Positions 9,580 through 17,725 of a stretch of 64,000 nucleotides of DNA are shown here, piece by piece. Within the stretch, counting starts at the first letter, position 1. Each line of letters opens with the position of its first letter. The stretch comes from an uncultured Gammaproteobacteria bacterium (GTDB lineage: Bacteria; Patescibacteriota; Microgenomatia; Levybacterales; GWA1-39-11). Under the pieces are notes generated by a model. It was not told the DNA's origin. It saw only the letters and a program-made list of their open reading frames with translations, and did not search any database. The DNA is taken from contig CAZVGS010000002.1 of NCBI GenBank assembly GCA_964627245.1, positions 90,923 to 154,922 of the forward strand, read 5' to 3'. The position numbers and the translations under genes were made by a program.

Positions 9580-11718
9580 CTATTTTGGCTGTTGGCCTTG
9601 AAGCGGGAAAGACGATCCTTGTTGCGGGGAAGAAGGGATGGGTGGTTGATAGGTTGGGGTTTGGAAAGGAGGTTGGGTTGATTGAATGGTGGGGGGTACT
9701 AACGGCAGCGATTGTCCGGTCAGAGGAGTGGAGAGTGGGGTTGGGGTGTTTGTGAACTGTTGCCCCGGCGGATTTTGGGTACCCGGAAACTGTGGCGCGG
9801 ATTGGAGGGGTGGCGGCTGTTGCTGTTGTGGGGGGGTGCTTGGGGGAGGTGCTTCAAGCTCTCTTTCCATGGTGTCTTGGGGCCTTGAAGTAACAAGGTC
9901 GTACTCGAATTGAGATGCAACAAACTGAGCCGTTACGTGATTTTGACCTGCAAAAAGAAGACCTTCTCCAACCTGTGCCGTTAGGAGATATTGCTTTTCT
10001 CCCTCAGAAAGATTTAAGGTTTTTGCAAGCGCCTCTACTTCTGATGAGCCTTGCTTCAGTAATATCTGCATCGAGGAGCTTGAAAGTATAGCTTTTCCAT
10101 AGTCTGATGACAGAAAGTCTTCGATGTCTTGAGTAAGAGTAGTGAGTCCCAAATAATACTTACGGCAACGCTTTGCAATTCCCTGCAGAAACGAAGCCGA
10201 GTCAGGGTATTTCATCATGTACCAGGCCTCATCAACGATAAGTAGTCTCTTTTTCATTTTTGTTCTAACCCTTGTCCATATAAAATCCAAAATAACATGC
10301 ATGGCAATAGGTCTTAACACATCCTCAAGCTGTTTAAGTGAAAAAACAGTAAGCTGGTTTTTCACGTCATAATTGGTCTGGTGATTGAAAAGACCGGAAA
10401 ACCCTCCCTTGACGTATTTTTCAAGTCTAAATGCAAGCTCTTTTGCGTCCGCCTCCTCCATGTTGAGAAGGGTTTTGTAAAGATCTTCAAGAATTGGGGG
10501 TTCGTTTTTGTATGTTGAGGGATCCGGGGTAATCCCCTTTTGCTTGTAGGCAAGAACAATTGAGCGGTCCAGTATTGCTTCCTGCGTTGCGTTCATTTCT
10601 CCCATCATGGTTTTAAACAACCCATGTACGCTTAAAATTTTTGTTCCTAGCTGTGCCTCCGATTGGTCATCTGGCATAAGGGCGAAGGGATTTATCTTTA
10701 TCTCCGAATCTTTGGAAAAAGCAACATACTCTCCACCTAATGAGTCGCAAAGCACCTTGTACTCATCTTCGGGATCTATTATCATAACCTCGGCATCAAA
10801 CATCATTTGTCTCAAAACCTCAAGCTTAACAAGAAATGACTTACCGGAGCCGGATTTCCCAAAAACAACAGAATTGGCATTCTCAAACGAGAATCTGTCA
10901 ACCACAACAAGCGAATTATTTAGAGTATTTATACCGTAGAGTATACCGTTGGGATGCGATATTTCGTATGAGGTAAAGGGAAAAGTGGAAGCGACTGAGG
11001 TTGTATCCATGTTGCGCGTTGAGAAAAGCTTGTCAATTCCCGTTGGCAGAGTGGTCTTAAATCCGTCTTCCATCTGAAGGGTTGCGGGTTTTATCACCAA
11101 TAGATTGGATGACAAAAGAGACATGAGCTCTTTTGAGCGGAGATTGAGGTCTTCAAGGTCGCCTGAGGCAAGAGTTACGTAAAGCCCGAATTGATAAAAG
11201 CGCTCAAGACCTCTGGCTAACTCTTCCCGAAGCGCAATTGCATCCTCCAAAGACGCTCTTATTTTAGGATCCGGCTCAAGACCTTGCTGGGTGTCTGACT
11301 CGATTGTTGCTTCCATCTCGGCAATTTTACGCCTCAAGTTGGAAAGTACATCTTTTGACTCAACCGGGTATATGAACATAGAGATATTCATCGTTTCTTT
11401 GTAGTCGATAAGTATCGAAAGCCAGTTGGGTGAAACCTGACGGGGGTAATCAACGACAAAAAAAGTGCGGTAATATGTGTCGCCGACTCTTATGTTTTTG
11501 AAATCTACCTCAACCGACGAGGGAGCAATGATATCAACTATTCCTACAGATCCCTGCTTTAGAGCCTCTGTGCTTTTTGCATTTTGGGCAGGAGTGGGCG
11601 CTGCGGGAGGTGCTTGGACCGGCTGCTGTTGGGCATTTTGCACGGGTTGACCCTGAGCCTGTTGCGCTGTATTTGATTGGGGAGGATTTGGTTGTTCTTG
11701 TTTCTTTTTTCCAAACAT
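9580..11718 (-). CDS. virB4: type IV secretion ATPase VirB4 (Gram-positive PrgJ/TraE/TcpF-type) with low-complexity Pro/Gln-rich N- and C-terminal tails
   Basis: 712 aa; Walker A GKSGSGKSF, Walker B LLIVDEAWYMM; N-terminal core IAPSSVEVDFKNIRVGDTYYRTFFVVDYPRQVSPNWLS matches the Gram-positive VirB4 N-domain; roughly 50 aa N-terminal and 90 aa C-terminal Q/P-rich tails. Confidence 0.85.
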   Translation of the reverse strand: MFGKKKQEQPNPPQSNTAQQAQGQPVQNAQQQPVQAPPAAPTPAQNAKSTEALKQGSVGIVDIIAPSSVEVDFKNIRVGDTYYRTFFVVDYPRQVSPNWLSILIDYKETMNISMFIYPVESKDVLSNLRRKIAEMEATIESDTQQGLEPDPKIRASLEDAIALREELARGLERFYQFGLYVTLASGDLEDLNLRSKELMSLLSSNLLVIKPATLQMEDGFKTTLPTGIDKLFSTRNMDTTSVASTFPFTSYEISHPNGILYGINTLNNSLVVVDRFSFENANSVVFGKSGSGKSFLVKLEVLRQMMFDAEVMIIDPEDEYKVLCDSLGGEYVAFSKDSEIKINPFALMPDDQSEAQLGTKILSVHGLFKTMMGEMNATQEAILDRSIVLAYKQKGITPDPSTYKNEPPILEDLYKTLLNMEEADAKELAFRLEKYVKGGFSGLFNHQTNYDVKNQLTVFSLKQLEDVLRPIAMHVILDFIWTRVRTKMKKRLLIVDEAWYMMKYPDSASFLQGIAKRCRKYYLGLTTLTQDIEDFLSSDYGKAILSSSSMQILLKQGSSEVEALAKTLNLSEGEKQYLLTAQVGEGLLFAGQNHVTAQFVASQFEYDLVTSRPQDTMERELEAPPPSTPPQQQQPPPLQSAPQFPGTQNPPGQQFTNTPTPLSTPLTGQSLPLVPPTIQSTQPPFQTPTYQPPIPSSPQQGSSFPLQGQQPK

Positions 11719-11719
11719 A

Positions 11720-12373
11720 TCAAACGATTACATTTTTAATATCTTGTGAATCAAAATCAACGGTAATTGAGTCGTTGTTGAGAATTTCATAATAAAGTTT
11801 TATCAACTCTTCATGCGACAATGGTCTTGCCATAAGACCCATTCTTTCAACCTGAGCCTGAATAACAGCCCTTTTTGAAATCAAAGCGTTTTTTGCCTGA
11901 TCCGCGAAGGGTCCGCTCGTGCCTTGCTTGGATTTTGCTTGTTGTGGCGCACTGCCCGGAACGACGCTTGCCTCAAGGTAAGAGTACGGAACCACTATGT
12001 ATATCTTTTTATCCAAAAGACCTTCGTTTTTTACCAGCTCATCAATGAATTGCCTGTACATTGTTAAATGCTCTTTGAGTTTTTGGTTTTGAAGTGATTC
12101 GATTTTTTGATCCAAAAGTTTTAGGTAGTTACCCATATCAACTCTTTTTGAGACAATTAAAATTTGTATAGGAAATGAAAGTGAATTTATGAGAGACATA
12201 TATCCGTAAATTCTTGCGTTCTGCTCATCTGCTGATAAGAGAAAAAAATTAACGGATGAGATCTCAAGAACACAGCAGGCATTTTTTCCCTTAAAGAGTA
12301 CTATGTCACCAACTATGTCGACAATTTCGGTAAAGTCTTGTGTTGTTGAGTGGATTTTGTCTTTTTTTGACAT
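11720..12373 (-). CDS. hypothetical protein in T4SS block
   Basis: 217 aa, soluble, no recognisable motif; translationally coupled between the PrgI-like gene and virB4. Confidence 0.35.
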   Translation of the reverse strand: MSKKDKIHSTTQDFTEIVDIVGDIVLFKGKNACCVLEISSVNFFLLSADEQNARIYGYMSLINSLSFPIQILIVSKRVDMGNYLKLLDQKIESLQNQKLKEHLTMYRQFIDELVKNEGLLDKKIYIVVPYSYLEASVVPGSAPQQAKSKQGTSGPFADQAKNALISKRAVIQAQVERMGLMARPLSHEELIKLYYEILNNDSITVDFDSQDIKNVIV

Positions 12374-12376
12374 ATA

Positions 12377-13687
12377 TTATGCTTGCTGTGCGGTTTGGGG
12401 TGCCTGGTTCTCAAAAAGCTCGCGTCTTAGTCTTTCCCGCTGGTCAACAGAAACAATCTCGAGGGGCTCGAATAAATTTCCATCAAGTGCTATGTGTATT
12501 TGTTCAAATTCGTGTTGTTTTCTCGGGTCCTCCAGAAGAACATTGTATTCGCCGTCGGGAAGCGGGGTTGCGGCCGCAAATTGCCCAAGCGCATTAGTCT
12601 TAAAAGCTCTTACGGGAATTCCCTGAAGATCCATTATCTCAACCAATATATTCGGAAGTATTCTCCCTCTTGGGTCTTTGATTATACCCAAAACAATATT
12701 TGGGGCATCTGGAAGACTTGGAAATCCACCTTTCAGAGAGGTTTCTTTCGAAAGCGTTGTAACATTTTGAGATTCATTGGGAATTACTGTTGGGATCTTT
12801 GCTTCATTTCCTTGAACGACCGTAAGATCCTTAGGCGCTTGGGGGGGCGCTTGTTGCTGGGTCTGGATGGGAGGCTGTTGGGGGATCAGGTTTTCCATTT
12901 TGATCTCCTCAGGCTTTCCCCCTTCAAATACGGGCTTTGAATCTGTTTCCTGGACAGCCGGCGAAGGTTTTGCTATCGGGGTCTCCTTCGGAAGATTGGC
13001 CGGCGAGACAACTTTTATTGCATCTGAAATGCTTGTTTGAGGAATAGCAGACGGCTGTGCTATTTGGGTAGAACGCTGAGTTTCATTGGGGGGGGAGTCT
13101 ACTTTTTGGACTTGAGGGCTCGCCGAATGCTGGGATTCATTTAAGTAGTTATTTATATTTAAGAGCATTGCCTGCTCGCGCTCGTCGGGCCGGTAGTTCT
13201 TTTTAAGCGCCCCGTATAGAAGAGCTCTTTTTGAGGAGAGGGCACTATTATTTTCGGTTTTTTTCACCTCTATTTTTTGGGATGCTGTGCTTTGAGGTGA
13301 GAAAAATTCGCCGATAATTACCTCGGCACCCCTTTTTTTGTATATGTATTGGTTTTCGGCAGGAAGTGCCTTCAGGAAATTCTTTGCCATTACATCCATC
13401 GGACGCCCTTCAATAGGAACAAAAGCAAGCATTACGCCAAAGCTTCCAAAAAGTATGCTCAAAGGAATTTTTATGAAAGGTGTCATCGGCAAGATAAAAC
13501 AAACTGCGGCAACTATTCCGCCTCCTAAAATATAAAGAAATTGCTTGACCGTAACGCTTCCAATAAGCTTGAATTTAAATCCTGTAACGTCCTGCGGAAT
13601 AGGGTGGTTTTCCATAATAATAACAAACACACCAAGTTGATGCGCCGTTGTTAAGCGTATAACGTGAAAATTTTGTCTGCAAGACAA
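12377..13687 (-). CDS. PrgI/VirB3-like two-TM protein with long Pro/Gln-rich linker and C-terminal beta-sandwich-like domain
   Basis: N-terminus DVTGFKFKLIGSVTVKQFLYILGGGIVAAVCFIL...PIEGRPMDVMAKNFLKAL matches the PrgI-family two-helix layout that precedes VirB4 in Gram-positive systems; a more likely start is Met at 13615 (MENHPIP...); C-terminal 110 aa (GRILPNILVEIMDLQGIPV...) resembles a carboxypeptidase-regulatory/prealbumin-like fold. Confidence 0.5.
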   Translation of the reverse strand: MSCRQNFHVIRLTTAHQLGVFVIIMENHPIPQDVTGFKFKLIGSVTVKQFLYILGGGIVAAVCFILPMTPFIKIPLSILFGSFGVMLAFVPIEGRPMDVMAKNFLKALPAENQYIYKKRGAEVIIGEFFSPQSTASQKIEVKKTENNSALSSKRALLYGALKKNYRPDEREQAMLLNINNYLNESQHSASPQVQKVDSPPNETQRSTQIAQPSAIPQTSISDAIKVVSPANLPKETPIAKPSPAVQETDSKPVFEGGKPEEIKMENLIPQQPPIQTQQQAPPQAPKDLTVVQGNEAKIPTVIPNESQNVTTLSKETSLKGGFPSLPDAPNIVLGIIKDPRGRILPNILVEIMDLQGIPVRAFKTNALGQFAAATPLPDGEYNVLLEDPRKQHEFEQIHIALDGNLFEPLEIVSVDQRERLRRELFENQAPQTAQQA

Positions 13688-13738
13688 TCAAAGTGTGTCA
13701 AAACAGATATACCTTTGAGGCTGGTTGTGAAAAGAAGA

Positions 13739-15811
13739 CTAAAGAGCCCCCGACCAAGCGGCTCCGCCCGCGGCTTTTGCCCCAGCGCCTGCCGCAACAG
13801 CAATAGGTGCTATTCCAATCCCCGCAACCGCACCAACTCCAAGAATTGCAGCAAGCCAGATAAGCCACTTCATCTTGAAGTCGGGTCTTATGCCTTGAGC
13901 CTCAAGGTTTTTAATAATTCCTTGGGCTTCTTTCGATTTTGAAATTGCATCGGATAGCTTCCCAGAGAAATTTTGTTCTAAAAGTTCCCATTCATGTTTT
14001 TTGAGGCCAATTTTATGTGTTCCGGGTATTCTGTCCTTCAATCTACTTCCCAACGTGCGGGCCAAGAACATGTCTTTGAAGAGCTTGTTTCTGAGAGTCT
14101 CGCCGTGTTTTGAATATGCTTCCTCAAGCCGTTTCTTTTGATCCTCACTTAACTTTGTTAAATCTACAGTGCGGTAATCGACTGGGTCAGGAATGGGGTT
14201 GCCATCTTCATCAATAAGAGTGAATCCAAGCTCGCGTACCAACAACCTTTTGACCCCATCTTCACCTTCATAAGCAAGCATTCTAACGTCTGTATTGATT
14301 TGTGCAGTATCGGAATCTTTAGACCTAGTATTTGGGTCATATCGTATCCATCTTGTTTCCATTGCTTTTTTGATTGCTTCATCGTCTGAATTGTTTTGTT
14401 TTTCTTTGTCCTCAGTTAGAGCTTTTTTCTCAAGCCCTTCTAGCTCATCGTATCTTTTCTCCAGAGTAGAGGCGGCCGCATCAGCCATAACGTTTTCAAG
14501 TCTCTCTATCAGATCTTGTTCAGCAGCCAGCCTTGCATTTTTGCTTGCCTTTTCGCTTTTCAAGGAATCAGACTCTTTTCTCTTTATAATGTCATCACTA
14601 GCCTTGATTTCTTTTCCGAGTGCCGATGCTTCTGAAATGCTTTGCGCAATACCACTTACATAAATTCCCGCAGCGTCTTTTGCTGGTGAATATTTAGTTA
14701 ATAAATCGACAAAGTTGTTTATGTCTGTGTCTGACACAACCGTTCCTTTTAGTACATTTATGTCACCTAATAAATTGTTTATGTCATTTTGCAGTCCGCC
14801 CCTTTCGGCAGGCTTCGATGTTTTATTAAGTCTTTCTTTTGTTTGGGAGATTTCCCTTTGCTTCTCGACTATTGCTTGAAGCTCGGTAAACTTAGGTATA
14901 TTTGTTCCATTTATGACAAGTCCACCCAAGCTTTTCATAATTGTTTCTGGTGCCATTCCCTGGTCTATCCAGCTTTTTATCTGATCTTCTTGTGCAGGAG
15001 TTAATGGAGGAGTAGCGGAAATATCAGCACGTATAACATTTAGAATATTTGTTTTTGCCGTGTCGAGTTTCGGTTCAGCAATTGCCTTATCGGCTTTCGC
15101 TTTTGAATAATCTTCGTCAGTTGTTACATCCGGAAGCTTTTGGGCATCTACAGCTATGTTTTTCATAAGTTTTACAACTTCATTTCTCATCACAGGATCT
15201 TTGGCAAGCGTTTCTTCGATGTAACGTCTTCTTGCACCATCATTGAGAGATGATAGTTCTGGAAATAGTTCCTGGACTGTTGAGCTTTGAAGAATTAGGT
15301 TCAAACCATCCTCTCGCGCATTGATGAAATCTCTTGTATTACTTATGCTTGTATCTCCCCTTGCTACTCTTTCTCTAATAACTACATCAATGGATTTATT
15401 CCTTCTTCCTGCCTCTGCAGTGATATCAGCATACTGGATATAATTACTAACACCCTCAATTAGTTGTTTGGCGGTTTCGTGAGAGTTTTTTTCAGCATTG
15501 TCTGGATTTTTCGTACTATCCGGTTCTGTGGTTTGTTTTCCTGTGGCACTCACAACCTCATGCGCTTTACCTGCTCCGAATGCCAATTCCATAGCAACTG
15601 CTTGATTTGTTGAGAAAGAGCCGGCTCCGGATTCTCGGGCTGCTGTTATTCTTTCTTTCCCGGTAGCACCTTTCTCTTTAAGAGCTCTTAGTCTTTTTTG
15701 TCTCTCAAGCGTTTCGGGGCGTGTCGTTGGGATCGTGCGTGTTTCGCTTCCATATTGCAGTACATCTATCGGAGCAATTTTGGGTGTTTCTGGTGTTGAA
15801 ATGTCCGGCAT
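13739..15811 (-). CDS. large coiled-coil protein with C-terminal Gly/Ala-rich hydrophobic anchor (tail-anchored); hypothetical T4SS-associated
   Basis: 690 aa, no signal peptide, extensive coiled-coil or charged repeats, C-terminus WLIWLAAILGVGAVAGIGIAPIAVAAGAGAKAAGGAAWSGAL; no family recognised. Confidence 0.4.
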   Translation of the reverse strand: MPDISTPETPKIAPIDVLQYGSETRTIPTTRPETLERQKRLRALKEKGATGKERITAARESGAGSFSTNQAVAMELAFGAGKAHEVVSATGKQTTEPDSTKNPDNAEKNSHETAKQLIEGVSNYIQYADITAEAGRRNKSIDVVIRERVARGDTSISNTRDFINAREDGLNLILQSSTVQELFPELSSLNDGARRRYIEETLAKDPVMRNEVVKLMKNIAVDAQKLPDVTTDEDYSKAKADKAIAEPKLDTAKTNILNVIRADISATPPLTPAQEDQIKSWIDQGMAPETIMKSLGGLVINGTNIPKFTELQAIVEKQREISQTKERLNKTSKPAERGGLQNDINNLLGDINVLKGTVVSDTDINNFVDLLTKYSPAKDAAGIYVSGIAQSISEASALGKEIKASDDIIKRKESDSLKSEKASKNARLAAEQDLIERLENVMADAAASTLEKRYDELEGLEKKALTEDKEKQNNSDDEAIKKAMETRWIRYDPNTRSKDSDTAQINTDVRMLAYEGEDGVKRLLVRELGFTLIDEDGNPIPDPVDYRTVDLTKLSEDQKKRLEEAYSKHGETLRNKLFKDMFLARTLGSRLKDRIPGTHKIGLKKHEWELLEQNFSGKLSDAISKSKEAQGIIKNLEAQGIRPDFKMKWLIWLAAILGVGAVAGIGIAPIAVAAGAGAKAAGGAAWSGAL

Positions 15812-15812
15812 A

Positions 15813-16157
15813 TTATTGGATGCTTCTTATCTGTTCTTGTGCTTGTTGAAGTTGCACGTTGTCTTGTTTTTTAGCTTCTTCTGCTTGTAGCTCAGAATAA
15901 AAACTTTTATAAACAGGCCATAGAGTAGAAAGCTTGTTCAGAAAATCCATTAAGTCTTTCCTTGTGCTTAAGACTTCTAGTTGTTCAAGAATAAACTGAG
16001 CAGAGGTTTGTGAGTCCTCATCTGTAAGCGCATTCGCCTCAAGACCTTCAAGCATTGCATCGGCCAATCTAGTATAGATGCTATTTTTTTCCTCCTCGGT
16101 AACCTGGTCATAATTGTCCATATATACACAATACGTCAAGTTGAGTGAGGCTGTCAA
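15813..16157 (-). CDS. small acidic hypothetical protein
   Basis: 114 aa, strongly acidic, helical; sits between the pilin genes and the 690 aa protein. Confidence 0.3.
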   Translation of the reverse strand: MTASLNLTYCVYMDNYDQVTEEEKNSIYTRLADAMLEGLEANALTDEDSQTSAQFILEQLEVLSTRKDLMDFLNKLSTLWPVYKSFYSELQAEEAKKQDNVQLQQAQEQIRSIQ

Positions 16158-16161
16158 CTAA

Positions 16162-16458
16162 CTAGAGGGTGGGGTTTTGGATTTGACTGACTCCTGTGAG
16201 CTGGGAGATAAATCCGACGATAAAAAATGAAAGAAAGATAACGATAAGTCCAACTATCGTATACGTTGCTGTTTTTTTGGCCATGGCAACTTTTTCAGGA
16301 TCTCCTTTTGAAGTTATATACATTATGCCTGCATAGATAAAGAGAATAAGGGCAACAAGACCCGAAAAGGCAAGAGCGGCATTAACGATATTTCTTACAA
16401 TAATTGGAATACAGGCAAGAGTTGCGACGCCGTTTTCAAGACATTGGTCCCAAGGCAT
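16162..16458 (-). CDS. VirB2/TrbC-like pilin paralog 1
   Basis: 98 aa; two hydrophobic helices separated by the SxGDxxKVxxAxxxI motif (YITSKGDPEKVAMAKKTATYTIVGLIV) shared by all four tandem genes; Cys pair in the N-terminal region. Confidence 0.6.
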   Translation of the reverse strand: MPWDQCLENGVATLACIPIIVRNIVNAALAFSGLVALILFIYAGIMYITSKGDPEKVAMAKKTATYTIVGLIVIFLSFFIVGFISQLTGVSQIQNPTL

Positions 16459-16463
16459 AAAAT

Positions 16464-16874
16464 TTATTCACCGCTGAGGGTAGGAAGCTGAAGGTCAAAT
16501 AGGCTAAGTCCGAATAGCTGAAGAACGAGGTTGAGTATGAAAAATGCCAAGAATACTACGATAAGGCCAATTACGGCAGCAATTATTTGATTTCTTGCAG
16601 CTTCAACTCCTGCTTTGTCACCACCAGACGTTATCCATTTGATGCCTCCCCACACGAGGAAAAGAAGGGCAACGAGTACCGCAATAACAAATGCTATTGT
16701 TACGATAAAACCTACCAATTGACCTATGCTTCTATCGGATCCTGCGCATGCTTGCTTCAGAATTCCCGTCGCACCTTCGCAAGGATTGAGGTCTTTGGTG
16801 TCTGCAGCGTATACAGAGACAGCTGTTGCAAGATATACGGGGGCAGTTCCGAGGACAGCTAATACTTTTTTCAT
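16464..16874 (-). CDS. VirB2/TrbC-like pilin paralog 2 (with signal peptide)
   Basis: 136 aa; signal peptide ending ...SVYAADT; Cys pair (NPCEGATGILKQAC); WITSGGDKAGVEAARNQIIAAVIGLIVVFLAFFI motif. Confidence 0.6.
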   Translation of the reverse strand: MKKVLAVLGTAPVYLATAVSVYAADTKDLNPCEGATGILKQACAGSDRSIGQLVGFIVTIAFVIAVLVALLFLVWGGIKWITSGGDKAGVEAARNQIIAAVIGLIVVFLAFFILNLVLQLFGLSLFDLQLPTLSGE

Positions 16875-16918
16875 AGATAATTAATTGTTAACAGGTTTGT
16901 TATTCCTTGTCAAGCATT

Positions 16919-17260
16919 CTATATGGTAAGGTTAAAAAAGTTAACCCCAAGCGCCGAGCCTACAAAATTGATAATAAAAAAGGAGAAAAAGACGACCAAA
17001 AGCCCTATTATCGCGTAAATAATGGTGCGTCTGGCGCTTTCAACTTTTGTTTTGTCCCCCTCAGACATTATGTAATTTGCGCCTCCATATATTAGAAAAA
17101 GCAGAGCGATAATAATGCTTGCGATAAGAAGCCAGGTGATAACAAGTCCTATTATTCTTCCTCCATCTCCCTCAAGTCCTCCTGTCGGAACCCCGGAGGG
17201 CGCAGCTATTTCAATGGGTTCGCCGTCAGTGCCCGGAATGGTTAATGATAAAAGTTTCAT
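16919..17260 (-). CDS. VirB2/TrbC-like pilin paralog 3
   Basis: 113 aa; YIMSEGDKTKVESARRTIIYAIIGLLVVFFSFFI motif; Gly-rich N-terminal region. Confidence 0.55.
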   Translation of the reverse strand: MKLLSLTIPGTDGEPIEIAAPSGVPTGGLEGDGGRIIGLVITWLLIASIIIALLFLIYGGANYIMSEGDKTKVESARRTIIYAIIGLLVVFFSFFIINFVGSALGVNFFNLTI

Positions 17261-17262
17261 AA

Positions 17263-17688
17263 TTAATTAAAGCCCGGAATTTTTATAATGTCTCCTGCTA
17301 TTACTGATAGTATCACAAGCGAGAATACTATAAAAAGAAGCCCGACAATTGCCGATGTTAAGGTCTCGCGTGCTCCCTGGACAATTTCTTTATTGGCTCT
17401 TGAAACGAGGAGCTTGTATCCTGAAAAAATAATAATTATTAGTGCTGCAAATCCTCCCAACGAAAGTGCAATTGAGAATATTTTGGTAACAACCACAACC
17501 GGGCTTGAAACATCAACTATTCCTATTGCTGTATCGCACTTATTATTCGGACAAGGTTCCTTAGATGTTGCTGAACCTCCTCCCCCCGGGGGAGGATTGC
17601 TGGCAGTGTCGGCTAGGGTTGGAAAAGTAATAAACATAAGAAGGGTTATTGCTAAAAGCAACGGCAGGTTTATTAAAAATTTTTTCAT
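17263..17688 (-). CDS. VirB2/TrbC-like pilin paralog 4 (with signal peptide)
   Basis: 141 aa; signal peptide; Cys pair (EPCPNNKCD); LLVSRANKEIVQGARETLTSAIVGLLFIVFSLVI motif. Confidence 0.55.
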   Translation of the reverse strand: MKKFLINLPLLLAITLLMFITFPTLADTASNPPPGGGGSATSKEPCPNNKCDTAIGIVDVSSPVVVVTKIFSIALSLGGFAALIIIIFSGYKLLVSRANKEIVQGARETLTSAIVGLLFIVFSLVILSVIAGDIIKIPGFN

Positions 17689-17725
17689 ATATATATGGTA
17701 CTTTTAATAACGCTCCAATTCAACA

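Noticed and set aside
11720-12373. Calling the 217 aa protein a split N-terminal fragment of VirB4
   Set aside because: The adjacent VirB4 ORF already contains the full N-terminal domain motif (IAPSSVEVDF...YYRTFFV...), so the 217 aa ORF is a separate, unclassified protein.
17288-17707. ORF 17288..17707 (+) and other antisense ORFs across the pilin genes (16587..16862, 16907..17095)
   Set aside because: They are antisense to four paralogous, motif-supported pilin genes; hydrophobic antisense translations are expected there.
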